A DNA stretch of 64,000 nucleotides from Lama glama (GCA_028534125.1 CM052817.1:46998001-47062000), one strand, 5' to 3'; positions 11,540 to 23,980 are shown, counted from the first letter of the stretch. Program-made: numbers and translations. The notes: generated by a model from the letters alone, not told the origin.

Positions 11540-12632
11540 GATAGCACTAAGTATTGCTGGAGCCCAAAGTAGAAAATCTTAAGCTAATCATATGGAACAT
11601 GAAGGAGCCAGGTCTCCCTGATAACCCTTTAAGAAAGTGAAAAGCTGGTGCTAGGGTTAGGGTAATGCTAACTGGAAGACTCTTTCAAACCTGTACACCT
11701 TGGTATGATAATACAAAATCTTAAGTTGGTCTGAGGATCTTATATATTACAAAATTCATAAGTTCATAGCTTGGTAAAGGGAGCAAAATACATTTTAAAA
11801 GCTTGAAAGATCAGGATAGTACTTAAAACAAGTTTTAAAAATAATTGCTAAATATATGAAAGTACATTAGTTTCACTATTACCAGAAATTAAATGTAGGT
11901 GGAGAATCAGTCAGCTTATTCAGTTACAGAGCGTGCATATGAACCTTGTGCTTATACTGTGTATTCAGTCATTGGAGAATGTAGTAGATCACTTAAACGT
12001 GAAGTAAGATTGTTGTGCAGAATTCTGGACACAGAACTATTTGAGTCTTTTTCATCATCTCTAAGTACAGTAGACCCTTCTCTCTCCTAGCCCCGGAAGG
12101 CCACAGCCTTTAAGAGCTTCGAGCTGTCAGCTGCTGGAATCCCAACAAACAACTGAACCAAACTTCATTAGGTAAGGACTAACACAGCTACAGAGAGGGA
12201 GCAGTTAATTCCATGGCTCTTGAAAGTACTACCTTGACTGCAGTCATTTGTGGAATACAGTCTAAAAGCAAAAAGGACTATTAGAAATCTTAGAACTTTA
12301 TTTAGTAATTGTATTGCTGCTCTGTTACTCTTACTGTGAAGTAAAATGTATAGTGATGTTTACTGGTATGTTAGTTTTCCGTGGTTGCTGTAATAAATTC
12401 TTCATGCTGCTGATGCACCAAGAGGAAGATACTACTGAGTAAATTAGTTGGAGATATTATGAGATATATCTCTTTCAAATTTTTCCTTTAAAGCATAGAT
12501 TTAGGGGTTGCCCCTGAGAAAAAAATTGGTCCCAAAGAAGAGGGTCTTCCCCACAATTCTCTACCCCTACATCAGAAAGCCTACCCTCCATGCCTGTTTC
12601 ACCTAAGACCTTCCACAATCTTGATTAAGAAT

Positions 12633-13032
12633 TGATGAAAGTAAATTCATATTTATGACAAGATGAGGAAGATTTAAACATACAAGTTGTCTTTGCTCCT
12701 TTGGGCCTCACCTCCTTAGGAGATAACATTCCTTAATCTCATCAAGGAACACAACTCTTTAGCAGGTAACCTTCCTTCTTAATCTTGTGAAGGGACAGGA
12801 TGACCCATGACTCACTTTGTACCTATACGTCTGAATTGTGTAAACTATCAGTAATAAGTCATTTGACATAACCCTTTGTCTCAAAAACATGTAACTGCTT
12901 TGACCTCTAATGGCAGGATAGTACTCAAGAGCTTTTGGAAAGACTGTCTCCCAGATTATAATTATCAGGTTGACTTGAGTAAAATTTTTTATTTTTCTCT
13001 TAGATAGACCATTGGTTAATTTTTTGTCAACA
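12633..13032 (+). mobile_element. ERV1-type solo LTR, ~400 bp
   Basis: TG...TGTCAACA termini and LTR-like layout; the TSD is degenerate (GAAT/GAGC), so the left end is uncertain. Confidence 0.55.
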
Positions 13033-14167
13033 GAGCTGTATACAAAAACATTTTGATCCTGGTTGATGCCCGTGCATAGAAATGACAAGGCCTGCAGATA
13101 TCACAAGAAAAGGAAAAACAACAACAACAACAAAAAACCAAGAAAGCACTTTCACACAGAAACCTCGCCTAGTTCTTAGAACAGGAACTTTTTGCTTTGC
13201 TGTAACTTGAACCTGAGGGAGATGCCGACATAACTGTCCCAAAGGAATAGGTAACAAGCCCTGTTACCTTGTATTCTATCACCGACTGTCTTCTTGACTG
13301 CCAAGTTTTTAGGTAAATTTTCTAAGATAGCCTTACCTTTAATTGCCTAGGCCTGTGCTGCTGATTTTGTTCTATAAAATACTTTCGGGTGTTTGGGAAC
13401 AAAAGCATGGTTGAAAAGTCCTTAAAGTGCTTTAAGAAAGCAGCCACTCCTATTCATTTATTCTATCTAAGCAACAAAAAAGAAAATGCTATCCTTGAAG
13501 GTCTCTGCTAGACTCCAGAGGGCCAAGAATTTCATGAAAAAAGAAGCCTCTAGGGAAAATGCCTAATTTCTGTCTTTTCCATTTTGAGAAAATTTCACGA
13601 GGAATGCTTCCCTTCCTTTGGATCCCTGATAAGCCAGTTATATTTATTTGTCCTTCATTGATAAAGCAGCATTATATTTAATTTAGCTTTGGTTTTTTTA
13701 AATTGTAGCTCTCCAGGGAAACTTAAAACTGAAATATGAAACATATCTAACTGTATCCATTTCATTGCAGCTGCATTTCTGTGTGTTCCAAGGGTAGTAC
13801 AACTAATAATTTGAGGACTTTCTTCTAATTATAACCTCAAGCTTCCTGTATCCTCTGTGAGTGGTGGATGCTTCTGAGGGTAAGGAGTATTAAAAATATG
13901 AATTCTGTATTTATGAGAGGTTAACAGCTTATTCCATACTATTCAAAATGTATCGTGTCTTTTTGTGAAGTTTTATTACAGAATCTTCGGTTTTGCTTAT
14001 ATAAGTTTTCAAATACAAATGTTTCATTTTGGGATCCAAAGAAAAACTGCAAGTTTACATTCAAAATTACTGTTACAACCAAGTAGAGATTTTGAAATGA
14101 GATATCTTCTCCCTCATCTTTAACTCGCACCTATGTATGTGATAAGGTCTTATTTCACTTTAAAATG

Positions 14168-14980
14168 CAGCTGGTCCTCATTATGCGTAGTTTAATATTT
14201 ATGAAGTCACCTACTCACTAAAATTTATTTGTAAGATGCTCACAATGCTTTTGCAGTTATTAGCAGACTTGTGCCTTCAAACTCAGAGCAGAAAAAAGTT
14301 TGAGCCCACCCAGCGCACACATTCCCAGCAGGGATCAAACAAAGTGACGCTGCCTTTTTGTTTCAGCTCTCGTACTGTAAAGACGCTGTGTTTACGTGTC
14401 CTTCTTGTGGTCTGTTTAGTGCCATGTTTTTCTCATTTTTATAGTTTTTTAAGATGGCCTCTGAGCACTAAGTGAAAGAAGGCTGTGATGTCCTCACAGA
14501 GGAAGTATGTGTGTGAGGTTAGCTGCATTCAGGTGTGAACTACAGTGCTGTTGGCCAGGGGTTCAATGTTAATGAATCAAAATACATACTAAATAAGATG
14601 TCTTTAAACACAAACATATAGGACGTGGTTATCTCTCTCTCTTTTTTTTTTTTTTCCAATAATTAAACTGTATTATGTCTGCCTCTTTTTTTTTTTAATT
14701 TTTTTTTGGTTGTTTTTGAGGGGGCAGTAATTAGGTTTTTATTTACTTTCAATGGAGGTTCTGGGGATTGAACCCAGGACCTCATGCATGCTAAGCATGC
14801 ACTCTACCACTGAGCTACACCCTCCCCACCGACATGGTTACATCTTGATTGGTTACTGATATTGGTATTGTGACCAAAGGCTTGTAGGAACCTAACTCTG
14901 AATTTCCTCTAGGAGTGATGGGTTGGTGTTCCCAGTGGCTTTATAGAGCAAACCTACCATGAATAATGAAAACCAATGTG
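14168..14980 (+). mobile_element. TcMar-Tigger-like non-autonomous DNA transposon, interrupted by a SINE
   Basis: Imperfect TIRs (CAGCTGGTCCTCATTAT at the left vs reverse complement CATTGGTTTTCATTAT at the right); internal text resembles the Tigger group. Subfamily not assigned. Confidence 0.65.
14640..14830 (-). mobile_element. tRNA-Ala-derived SINE (vic-1-like)
   Basis: Reverse complement of the same head (ggggattgaacccaggacctcatgcatgctaagcatgcactctaccactgagctac); T-rich tail on the left; TSD-like GACGTGGTTA/GACATGGTTA at 14622 and 14831. Confidence 0.9.
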
Positions 14981-15029
14981 CTTCAGCCTGTGCCACACGG
15001 GTTTTTATGCATATGATGGTTTAAATCTG

Positions 15030-15307
15030 GGTCCTCAATTTGAGCCACAGATACAGTTCACTTGCCCTTTTTTGTACAGCTTGAAAGCCAAGGATAGTTT
15101 TTACCTTCTTAAATGATTGGAAAAAATAAAAAGTATAACATGTCAATTATATGAAGTTCGCATTTCAGCAATTATCACGTATCAATTATATGAAGTTCAC
15201 ATTTCAGCATCCATAAATAACAGTTTATTGGAACACAGCCATGTTTGTTTACATCTTGTGTATGACATTCATGCTTCAACTGCAGAGCTGCGTGGTTGTG
15301 ACAGAGC
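15030..15307 (+). mobile_element. MER58B-like hAT-Charlie element
   Basis: Characteristic phrases aattatatgaagttc.catttcag..tccataaataa.agtttattggaacacagcca and gcagagctg.gtggttgtgacagag. Confidence 0.75.
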
Positions 15308-15663
15308 TCTTCTGTTAAAGTGCTCACACTGCTCAGCACAGTACAGATCTCAGTGGTGCAGTTATAACTTGATAGTGTTTCAAGTGCCATGTGTACTGTC
15401 CTTTGGCCACATTCTATTTATTTTTTATTACTAGTTCATATCCAGTCAAAATAAGAAAAGTGAATTTCAGGTGTCATGCTTTTAAGGCACAGTAAAGCAT
15501 GGGTTTTGTTACTGAATTAGATGGCAAAACATTGTATATATTATGCAATGGCATTATCACTACGCTAAAAGAATACAACATACGTCGGCATTACCAGATA
15601 TCACAGTATTCCCAAGTCACAGGAAAGCAATGGTCAGAAAAATTAGAAAATTTAAAGTGAGGT

Positions 15664-15806
15664 GGGGAGGATACAGCTCAAGTGGCAGAGTGCATGCTTA
15701 GCATGCATGAGGTTCTGGGTTCAATCCCCAGTACCTCCTCTAAAAATAAATAAATGAATAAACCTCATTACCTCCCCCCTCAAAAAAAAAAGGCAATTAA
15801 AAAAAA
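15664..15806 (+). mobile_element. tRNA-Ala-derived SINE (vic-1-like)
   Basis: Same head and A-rich tail; TSD AGAAAATTTAAAGTG (15645-15659) and AGAAAGTTTAAAGTG (15807-15821). Confidence 0.92.
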
Positions 15807-15869
15807 AGAAAGTTTAAAGTGGAATATCTCATCACAGCAAAATGGGTTTGAAAAAAGAAAAATGACAGC

Positions 15870-17313
15870 TGAAGAAAAATTCTGTTTCCTCTCTACACTA
15901 TCCACAGAATCCTACTGGCTACCAAATGTGTGTGTGTTTTTCCCCATACCAAGCAGTTCTCCAATTTTCTGTGGGCACCAAACTAGTGTGTCCTACAATT
16001 CAGTTCAGTTCTGACACTACCTGAGGTTACCTGAAAACTGGATTTGCCCCTTGGTGAGTGTCCAGACAAAAGACATATGCCAAAGATCAGGAGAAGGAAG
16101 GATTTATTACTGGCAGCGAGTAAAGAGGACACTGGAGATTTTCCAAAGCAATGTCTCCCTGAACTGCAAAATTGGGAAATTTTAAGCTGGGGTTACGTGC
16201 ATATTCACACAGGGGCTTGGGCAAAGGAGAATTCAGCATAGAATTGGGGCAAATGTTGGTAGAGTCTAAGCTTTAGTTGATTGAAGTCACAAGGGTCAGA
16301 AAAGGTCGACATCATTATTTCTTAGGTTCTGATGTATTTGTGGTCTCAGCATAGTTCCCATCCTCCACCTGGATGGGGGCCTTAGTTCCTGCAGAACTCA
16401 GAGATACGTGTCATATTGTTAATGTATATCCCTTGAAGAGGAACTAGGACTCAGTTTTATTGCTGAACTTTTGTTTCTTGACTGCTTTTTCCTTTGTTCC
16501 TGCATTCTCTCCCTTCCATTAAAATCATTAATTAATGAGACCTGTTCAAGAGCAAGCATTGTAGCCTGGCTTAGATCACAAAATGGCTTAGGCCAAAAAT
16601 GGCTTTTCTTATGTTAAGAAAGTGATGCCTGGTTCACCCCCTACCCTGTCTGCTCACAGAGTCAGTGCAGATCACACAGGACTTAGCCTCACAAGACTGC
16701 CCTTTGCCTCCACTTCAGATACCAGTCTCATGTATTAACCCACAACTTCTGCTCTACTTGGTTGCTAATGGAGGGTTCCCATAGCTCCGTCCTTAAGTTC
16801 AATAATTTGCTAGAACAGCTCACAAAACTCAAAAGCATTTTACTATTATCCATTTATTATAAAAGATGCAACTCAGCCAAACAGAAGGAATGCATGGGTC
16901 AGGGGTAGGGTGGGCAGGGTACACAGAGCTCTCATACTGTTTGGGGGCTTCCTTATGTAGGCACAACTGATGACATCACTGGTTGTTGGTGATTGAATTC
17001 AGTCTTCAGCCCCTCTCCCCTCCTGAGAGGTCAAGGGGTGGGACTGAAAGTTTCAACCCTCTAATCTTGTGGTTGGTTCCCCTGGTATCCAGCCTCCATC
17101 CTGTGATTATCCAGGAGGGGCTTTCAGGTGTGGTTGAAAGGGCCTTGTTATGAATAACAGAATTCATGCAGCTCCTTTAGGAACTGTTTCAGGAGCACAA
17201 AACACCAAATAGTATAAGAAAAATCCATCCATTGCTCTTTTAGGAAATTACAAGTATTTTAGGAGCAATGGATGGAGACCAAATACATATTTCTTATTGC
17301 ATTACAGTGTCAC
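15870..17313 (-). mobile_element. MER21-like LTR split by a younger LTR (pieces ~15870-16025 and 16659-17313)
   Basis: gtgtcctacaattcagttcagttctgacactacctgag continues after the insert as gagtcagtgcagatcacacagg...cacaagactgccc, matching the reverse complement of MER21. Confidence 0.75.
16026..16658 (-). mobile_element. ERV1-type solo LTR nested in the MER21-like LTR
   Basis: Ends in CACA at 16658 with GAG on both flanks; AATAAA on the - strand near 16103-16108; cleanly interrupts the host element. Confidence 0.65.
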
Positions 17314-17771
17314 GAGGTTTTATTTGTTGAAATTAGTAACTTTAATCACCACAGTAAATATTTGAAATGGGTTCTCATTGGTCAAATTAGCACTTGGGTT
17401 AGTTGGGGTAGTTTAGAGACATGCCTACATTTGAATGAGTAAGAGAGAAGAATCGGATGAGTTCTGTAGCCGGCATCCTCGGGATTGCTGGTCCTAAGGC
17501 TTAATCTGTGAACAGTTCTGATTCCTTCCTAGGGTAACAGAACCCTGCCTGTAAGATTTCATGTCAGATTGTTATGGAAATGACAGGCCAGCCAAGAAAC
17601 AAGCACCACTCGGAGGGTTGGAGTACTCAGATTTATTACGCCGGCGGGCTCAGAGGGGCTTCTGCTCCAAAGCTCTGAGCACCTCCAAGACGTGCACATG
17701 AGGTTTTATAGGGTTAATTACAAGTATGGGGCTATTAGCCAATAAGGTTCAAACAACAAAAAGCAAGGAAT

Positions 17772-18271
17772 NNNNNNNNNNNNNNNNNNNNNNNNNNNNN
17801 NNNNNNNNNNNNNNNNNNNNNNNNNNNNNNNNNNNNNNNNNNNNNNNNNNNNNNNNNNNNNNNNNNNNNNNNNNNNNNNNNNNNNNNNNNNNNNNNNNNN
17901 NNNNNNNNNNNNNNNNNNNNNNNNNNNNNNNNNNNNNNNNNNNNNNNNNNNNNNNNNNNNNNNNNNNNNNNNNNNNNNNNNNNNNNNNNNNNNNNNNNNN
18001 NNNNNNNNNNNNNNNNNNNNNNNNNNNNNNNNNNNNNNNNNNNNNNNNNNNNNNNNNNNNNNNNNNNNNNNNNNNNNNNNNNNNNNNNNNNNNNNNNNNN
18101 NNNNNNNNNNNNNNNNNNNNNNNNNNNNNNNNNNNNNNNNNNNNNNNNNNNNNNNNNNNNNNNNNNNNNNNNNNNNNNNNNNNNNNNNNNNNNNNNNNNN
18201 NNNNNNNNNNNNNNNNNNNNNNNNNNNNNNNNNNNNNNNNNNNNNNNNNNNNNNNNNNNNNNNNNNNNNNN
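17772..18271. other. Assembly gap (500 N)
   Basis: Run of exactly 500 N. Confidence 1.
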
Positions 18272-18310
18272 AGTACACTGGAGCTTATCAATTTGGAACA
18301 GATCACGTTA

Positions 18311-18565
18311 CTGACACTTATTGAGCTTGGATTTACGAGTTAACTTGTTAGCCCAGTAAACTGACACTAAACTTTAGATTTACAAGTTAGCCCGGCAGAA
18401 CTTATATCAGTAAACCGACACTAATCACACTTAGATTTGTGACTGAGCTCGTTAGCCCAATAGACTGACACTAAACTTCAGATTTATGAGTTAGTCCAGC
18501 AGAACTCAGATCAGTAATCCGACACTTGTTGCACTTAGATTTGTGACTTAGCTTGTTAGCCCAGC
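18311..18565. repeat. Alternating 50/54-bp tandem repeat (104-bp higher-order period) in LTR U3
   Basis: Units start with CYGACACT at 18311, 18361, 18415, 18465, 18519. Confidence 0.9.
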
Positions 18566-18745
18566 TGGGCTTTTCCTTCACAAGATGTCATAAGTTCACC
18601 TAAATAAAAGTCCAGGGGCTGGGATTTCATTGAGTTACGAGCACAGAGCTGAACTGTGTATGTCTACTTGCTAATACTTTTTTTGTTGAATAAGTTTGTA
18701 TGTGGCAGAGTTTAGTATTCCACACAGATGTGTGTCATATGTAGG

Positions 18746-19196
18746 TGTTGACTGAAATAAATGCGCAGCCTAGAAGTTGAGAATTATGTTTTATTTGGTG
18801 GGAGGACAGCCTCTCAGATCGCTCCGAAGAGGTAGGGGAGGAGCTAGGATATATAGGAGCTTTACACCAAAGACCAGGTAGTTGGAACAATAAAAGATTA
18901 CTTGTTATCTAAAGAAAGCCAGGAATCTCAAGTTAAAGAATTGAATGCTTTTCTATGTATGGAAGGAAGCAAACATTTGGGCTCATTGAATTCATTCCTT
19001 TGACAAGCACCTAGCTATCTAGGGCCAGTGTCCTGTCCTTTCTTATTCTGAGTCCCTTCAGAGTGCACCATTGTGAGTGGCTGCAGAGGCTGGGCTGCAG
19101 GCTTGTCTTCACTGGGGGGTGGCGGCAGCCGCTGATGACTTGATGGCTTCAGCATTCTTTGTTTACTGATAAGGTTTGCAGTATTTTTCGTTCACA
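18746..19196 (-). mobile_element. ERV1-type (MER41-like) solo LTR, 451 bp
   Basis: TG...CA termini; perfect 4-bp TSD TAGG (18742-18745, 19197-19200); on the - strand TATATA near 18851 precedes AATAAA near 18790-18795. Confidence 0.85.
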
Positions 19197-22100
19197 TAGG
19201 TCAGATGTCAGTACGGTGACACTGAGTAGTCAGTCCACTAACACACAATGCTTGCCTGCAGGCTTCTTCCTCCAGTGGCTCCACTCCTCTTCCAGTACCC
19301 AAGGCTGCAGGGGTCATCAGAGGAGAGTGAAAACAAGGTGGTTACCTAGTGAAAGGGTAACCTCAAGTCAGAATATTGAGAGGAATTGGAAACAGAAGTC
19401 CTTAAACAAACAAACAAACACACAAAACTCAGCCCACTTGTAACTCCCAGGTATAGCATCTCTAGTTCTCCAGGGTGGGTGGGAAAGGGCCAGTGTCTGA
19501 GCACATCTTCCCAGGGACTGTGCTTGCCTTTGGCTTAGAGGGCACGTGCCCCACCTACTTAACAGGGATCAGTAGGTACAGTACGGTTGATGACTACCAT
19601 GGGAAGATTTAAAATTTGCCTCTTTGAGATGGTGTGCCACTTTGAAGTCTCTTCCCTCATTCTTCTAAAGACTCATCAAAATATAGTGAGATTGTCCAGG
19701 TACGCCATTAAGTCCAAGGACTTTACGTTCCCAGGCCCTTTCTCTAGACCAGCTGCTAAGAGAGAGTTGGGGGTCCCAGAGACCTGATATTTTGTTCCCC
19801 AAAACAGGATTAACTTTTTTTATCTGAGCTAGAACTTGCCTATGTTTTATCTTAATTTTCTTTGCTTCCCATAAGACTACTATTTACTTGTCTACAAAGT
19901 TTTTTCCTTTTTTTTTTTTTTAATTTCCAGATATATTCAGATACTACGTGCAGAGTGGCCTCTGTCTGAGGCAGAGGTCTTCAAGAAAAAAAGTGTCCTA
20001 AGACGGAGGAATAGCTTGTGCAGTTTAGTAGCTATGGTTTGGGCAATTTGGATTTTATCAAGAAGAGTGGAGAACAGTGAGGGGCTGAGGTCATGTAGGA
20101 GAGAGAAGAAAGAAACAGTTGCAGGACCCAGTGGAAGGTTCTCAGTCCTTTCAGGGTCTCTTATACTGGTTTTTTTTTTTTCTCTTACACTATTTTTACT
20201 ATATATCAAAAGACAAGCATGTTTTGCAGACAAAATCCAGACACTCTGACAATACTTCACTAATATGGTGCTTTAAGTCAGTAATTTTCTCTAATGAAAG
20301 CTTTTTTCTAGGATACTCCCTAAAAGGTAGAGGGCTTCATATTGCCAGTGTTATTCCTCTTTAGCATATTTTATATCCCATTCAGTGGAGGAGAATATCT
20401 AAACCCTGATTTATGGGTTGCTTTTTCATTACATAGTTTAATTATGGCCTCTTTTGATCACAGTAGGTGGTACTGTAATTCAATCTGATGTTAGCAAAAA
20501 GAGAATATATTTATTTATATAACCACGAAGTCTGTAGGTAATGTTGGTTTTAGACATAGGTGGTCCTAGAAGCCTAAACAGTATCTTCTGTTTCAACTTC
20601 GCTTTCCTTTGGGTTGGCCTGATTCTTGAAGCTCAGGTGGCAGCTATGGCCACTGGTAGCTCTAGGCTCACAATAGTGCTTCAGTTAGTGCTTCCTATAC
20701 TTCTAGAAAATGTTCTAGGCAAGACCTCGATTGACTTGTGTGGGTGTAGTATACGGTTTGGCCAGATATGGGTTATGTTTACCACTCCCAGAACCATAGT
20801 TGGGGTAACTCCAACCTAAACCATGTGAATGGTGTGTTGGGAGGGAATGGATTTTCAAAGGACATAGGACTTCTCCATCCAGCTCCTTAGCTGCTCAGCA
20901 GCATATGTATATATAATTTAGTATATAGTATAATATAATTAATTTTATTTAGTATGTAATTATGTAGAATTAATACAATGCTAATTTTAATGTAATCCAA
21001 GCATTACATTTAAATTATATCTATAGATATATAATTGATGTAAATATATAACAAAACATAATGTAACTATTTCTCCTTAACAGAAGACAGCTCAAATCCC
21101 AAATTCCAAGTTCTCTGCATTTGCTTTTAGATCCAGGGACTTGGAGTGACTTGTATCCCTCTGAGTTAGGTTCATGGTAAGAAATGTAAGTATCTAGTAA
21201 TAAATAGTGGAAGAGGGAGAGAGGAGAATCACAATAAAAGTTCCCCACTTGGGACAAGGAAGAAGGGAAAGCACTCTGTGGTTGCAGGTTCACAGCACAC
21301 GCATATCCTGGGGCTCCCTGGCTGGGAAGTAATGCAGTTTCAGTTTGTTGGGTCCGTGGCCACATGTGAGGTGAACACTGAGAGCATTTTCCTTCCGGGG
21401 CTGCACTGACTTACTGTTGGTACTGCTTTTCCTGCCTGGGAGGTACCTCGGGAGTGAAGTTCTCAAGTTATCAGGCTCCCATCTTTCTCCTCCCATTTGT
21501 GGCCATTTTGTTTTTAAGTTGGGTGTACTACCTGTCTTCTCTCCCTCATTCTTCACTCCCACCCACTCGCCATCACTTTGACCTTTTGCACTGTGCTCTA
21601 GTTCAGTAACTAGTTCTTCATCTGTGTCTGTTCTTCAGTTGTGTCTACTCAGTGTATCTCCTTAGTTTCATTGCAGTTGCAGTATTCTCGTTCTAGTCAA
21701 TTCTTTTTTCACAAAAGCCTATGTTTGCTACATGAATCTGGTATCTTTCTGTTTAAAGCTTCTGAAGATGTCAGTTATACTCCTCTTAAAACAACTTCCA
21801 GTTTGTTGTCTTTATTTTATTTCCTTAGGAGGTGGTTCTGCATATTTAGATCAGTACTTTTATTTCAGGGTGTGATTTTGCTCAACTGCTGTGTCATTCT
21901 TGGTTGTGTTTTTGTCTTTGACTTAGCTTTCTCTGCTAGCATCTGTCATTGTAGCCACCTCCAGTAATTGTGAGGAAAGGATGGACTGCAAGGCAGAGGG
22001 TGACAGTGACAGGTCTTCTGTGGGGAGTGCTCCTTGTTCCTCTTGAGTGTAGCTGGCCACTCAGGACACTGTTTTGCCTCCCTAACCCAAGGACTTACCG

Positions 22101-22439
22101 TCATTTTTCTTATGGGTGATAGATGACTCTGCTGGCTGTTGTTTGGCATAAACCCGACCAAGTGGTTGAGTGGCTCTAAAAACAACCTAGAAGGGGTTGC
22201 CTTTTCCTGTCTATCTTCATAATCACCAAATCCCCAAGCTTCGAGTACCCTTAGAACTGCTCCCACTTTTCATATAACTCCTTCCCCGAGTATGTTTTCC
22301 TCATCATTTCTAGCCCATTGATGATTCTCTTCCTAGTTTTTCATGGCTGCTATAGATTTTTTTAAATATCTCTCTTTTTTTTTTTTTTTATAATTTCTAG
22401 AGCTGTGAGAAGAGGAGTCAGACAGGCATCCCCAGTCTG

Positions 22440-23600
22440 CTACCTGGAGTCCTTCTTTCTCTTCACTGTGCCACTGCAGTGACCCTGCAGTAAACACAGC
22501 CATCTTGAAACCTTTTTCAATCCTGATTTTGCTTGGCTTCTTGATTTCAACCGCTGGGCAGCATCTGGTATTCTTAACCACATTTTTCTTCTATTTCCAA
22601 AACAAAGCCCACTATGAGTCTTTCTATTTCCAATATTTCCTTTGTGGCCTCCTGTTCCTCTGAAGTCTTGATCATTAGAGCTTTTTCTAGGCCTTACCTT
22701 CTCATTCTACTGCCTCCTCTTGGGTGATCTCATTGGTTCCTTTGGCTTCAGTACCATTTCTGCACTGAGTATTCAAAGTCTGCACTTCCAATTCTTCGGC
22801 TATGTAGAGCTTCAGACTAATACAGCTGCCTGACTACTGGACAGCTCTGTTTGGCTGTCTGCAGGCACTAAATTCAGTATATCCAAAGTTCAGCCATTAT
22901 CACCCCCTAACCAAACCTGGTCTTTTTTTTTTATATTCTCTACCAACCAAGTTGTCCAGGTCAGAGAAATAAATATCTTGAATTCACCCTCTCCTTTAAC
23001 CTTCCTTTCTTTTCTCATACTATAGTAAAATTCTTTTGCTTCTCTAAGTCTCCACTGCTGATACCTATGAGCCACAATCATCTCACCTGAATCTCTACAT
23101 CTTCCTAACTGCTCTCTACCTGCAACCTTGCCTATCCAATCTATTCTTCATTCGGTAGCTGTAGACTTTTTTCAAAAGGAAATAGGATTTCCTGCCTAAA
23201 ACCCTTTGCTAATCATTGTTTTTAAAAATAGAGTTCAGAGTCTTCAACATGGTAACTCTGAAACACTCATCTTTAATTTATGCAGTCATTCTATTGCTGA
23301 TCTTTATCCCTCTAGACTTTCTCACTTGCCTAGCAACACTGCTTCCCGTTAACTATCTGCAGCTGAAGTGTCATTTCCTCTGGGAACTTTCCCCTGCTTT
23401 GTATCTGTGCTGAGTGGTCCTCCTCTTTGTATCCATAGCTCTTTCCAAATTCTACATGGCACTTACTACACTGTATTATAACTTGAATGTGTATCCTCAT
23501 TAGCATGTACCCAGTGTGAGGGCAGAAAGAGTTCCAGGTGTAGGGTTTTACCTCTTAGGCCTAGAACATGACAGATGCTTGATAAATTCTGGAATGAACA
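22440..23600 (+). mobile_element. L2 LINE relic (other L2 relics near 3860-4160, 33080-33520, 42170-42700, 48450-48910, 56040-56960, 60850-62400)
   Basis: Degenerate L2 3' phrases, pyrimidine-rich body, ending near gatgcttgataaattctggaatgaac. Boundaries approximate. Confidence 0.65.
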
Positions 23601-23980
23601 AAATAGTGACAATGATATCTATCATCTGCTGCACAGTATTTATGTCAGGTCCTGGCCTGAGTGCTTTTCATGCTTTAGCTTATTTACTGTTTGTAAGAAC
23701 CTGGTAAATTAGAGGCTGTTATAATTCCCAGTTGACAAATGAAGGCATTAGGATTAAAGAGATTAAATCTCAGGCTCAAGGATGCATAGTACATAGTAAT
23801 AAGTAATTTAGCCTGGATTTGAATGCACATTCCTCCTGAATCCTAAAATGAGAAATGGAAGGAAGGAGGCTTGTGGCTAGGGAGGAGTATTAACTAAATT
23901 TATATGGGAGTAGTGAATGGGGATACATGGATCCAAGACATTTACTTTGATTCTTTTACAGTAACTGAAACCAAAGCATC

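Larger units (their letters stand above)
17570..18582 (-). mobile_element. Young ERV1-type LTR element spanning an assembly gap
   Basis: Inverted termini TGTTATGGAAA / TTTCCTTCACA; perfect 4-bp TSD AGAT (17566-17569, 18583-18586); on the - strand TATA box CTATAAAA (17704-17711) precedes AATAAA (17632-17637); CpGs retained; tandem repeats in U3. Confidence 0.85.

Noticed and set aside
12365..12400. AATAAA at 12392 as the main COX18 poly(A) site
   Set aside because: It sits in text resembling a decayed MLT1 terminus, so it may be incidental; kept only as a candidate.
17718..18343. Long ORFs containing X runs (also 54536-55477)
   Set aside because: Artefacts of translating N gaps.
18311..18565. 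CRISPR-like appearance of regularly spaced conserved words
   Set aside because: The intervening segments are themselves repeated (A/B), the array lies inside a TSD-flanked LTR in mammalian DNA, and there are no cas genes.
19900..19930. Strong-looking splice acceptor (long T tract plus ttccag)
   Set aside because: No convincing ORF or paired donor; poly-T tracts are frequent in this window.
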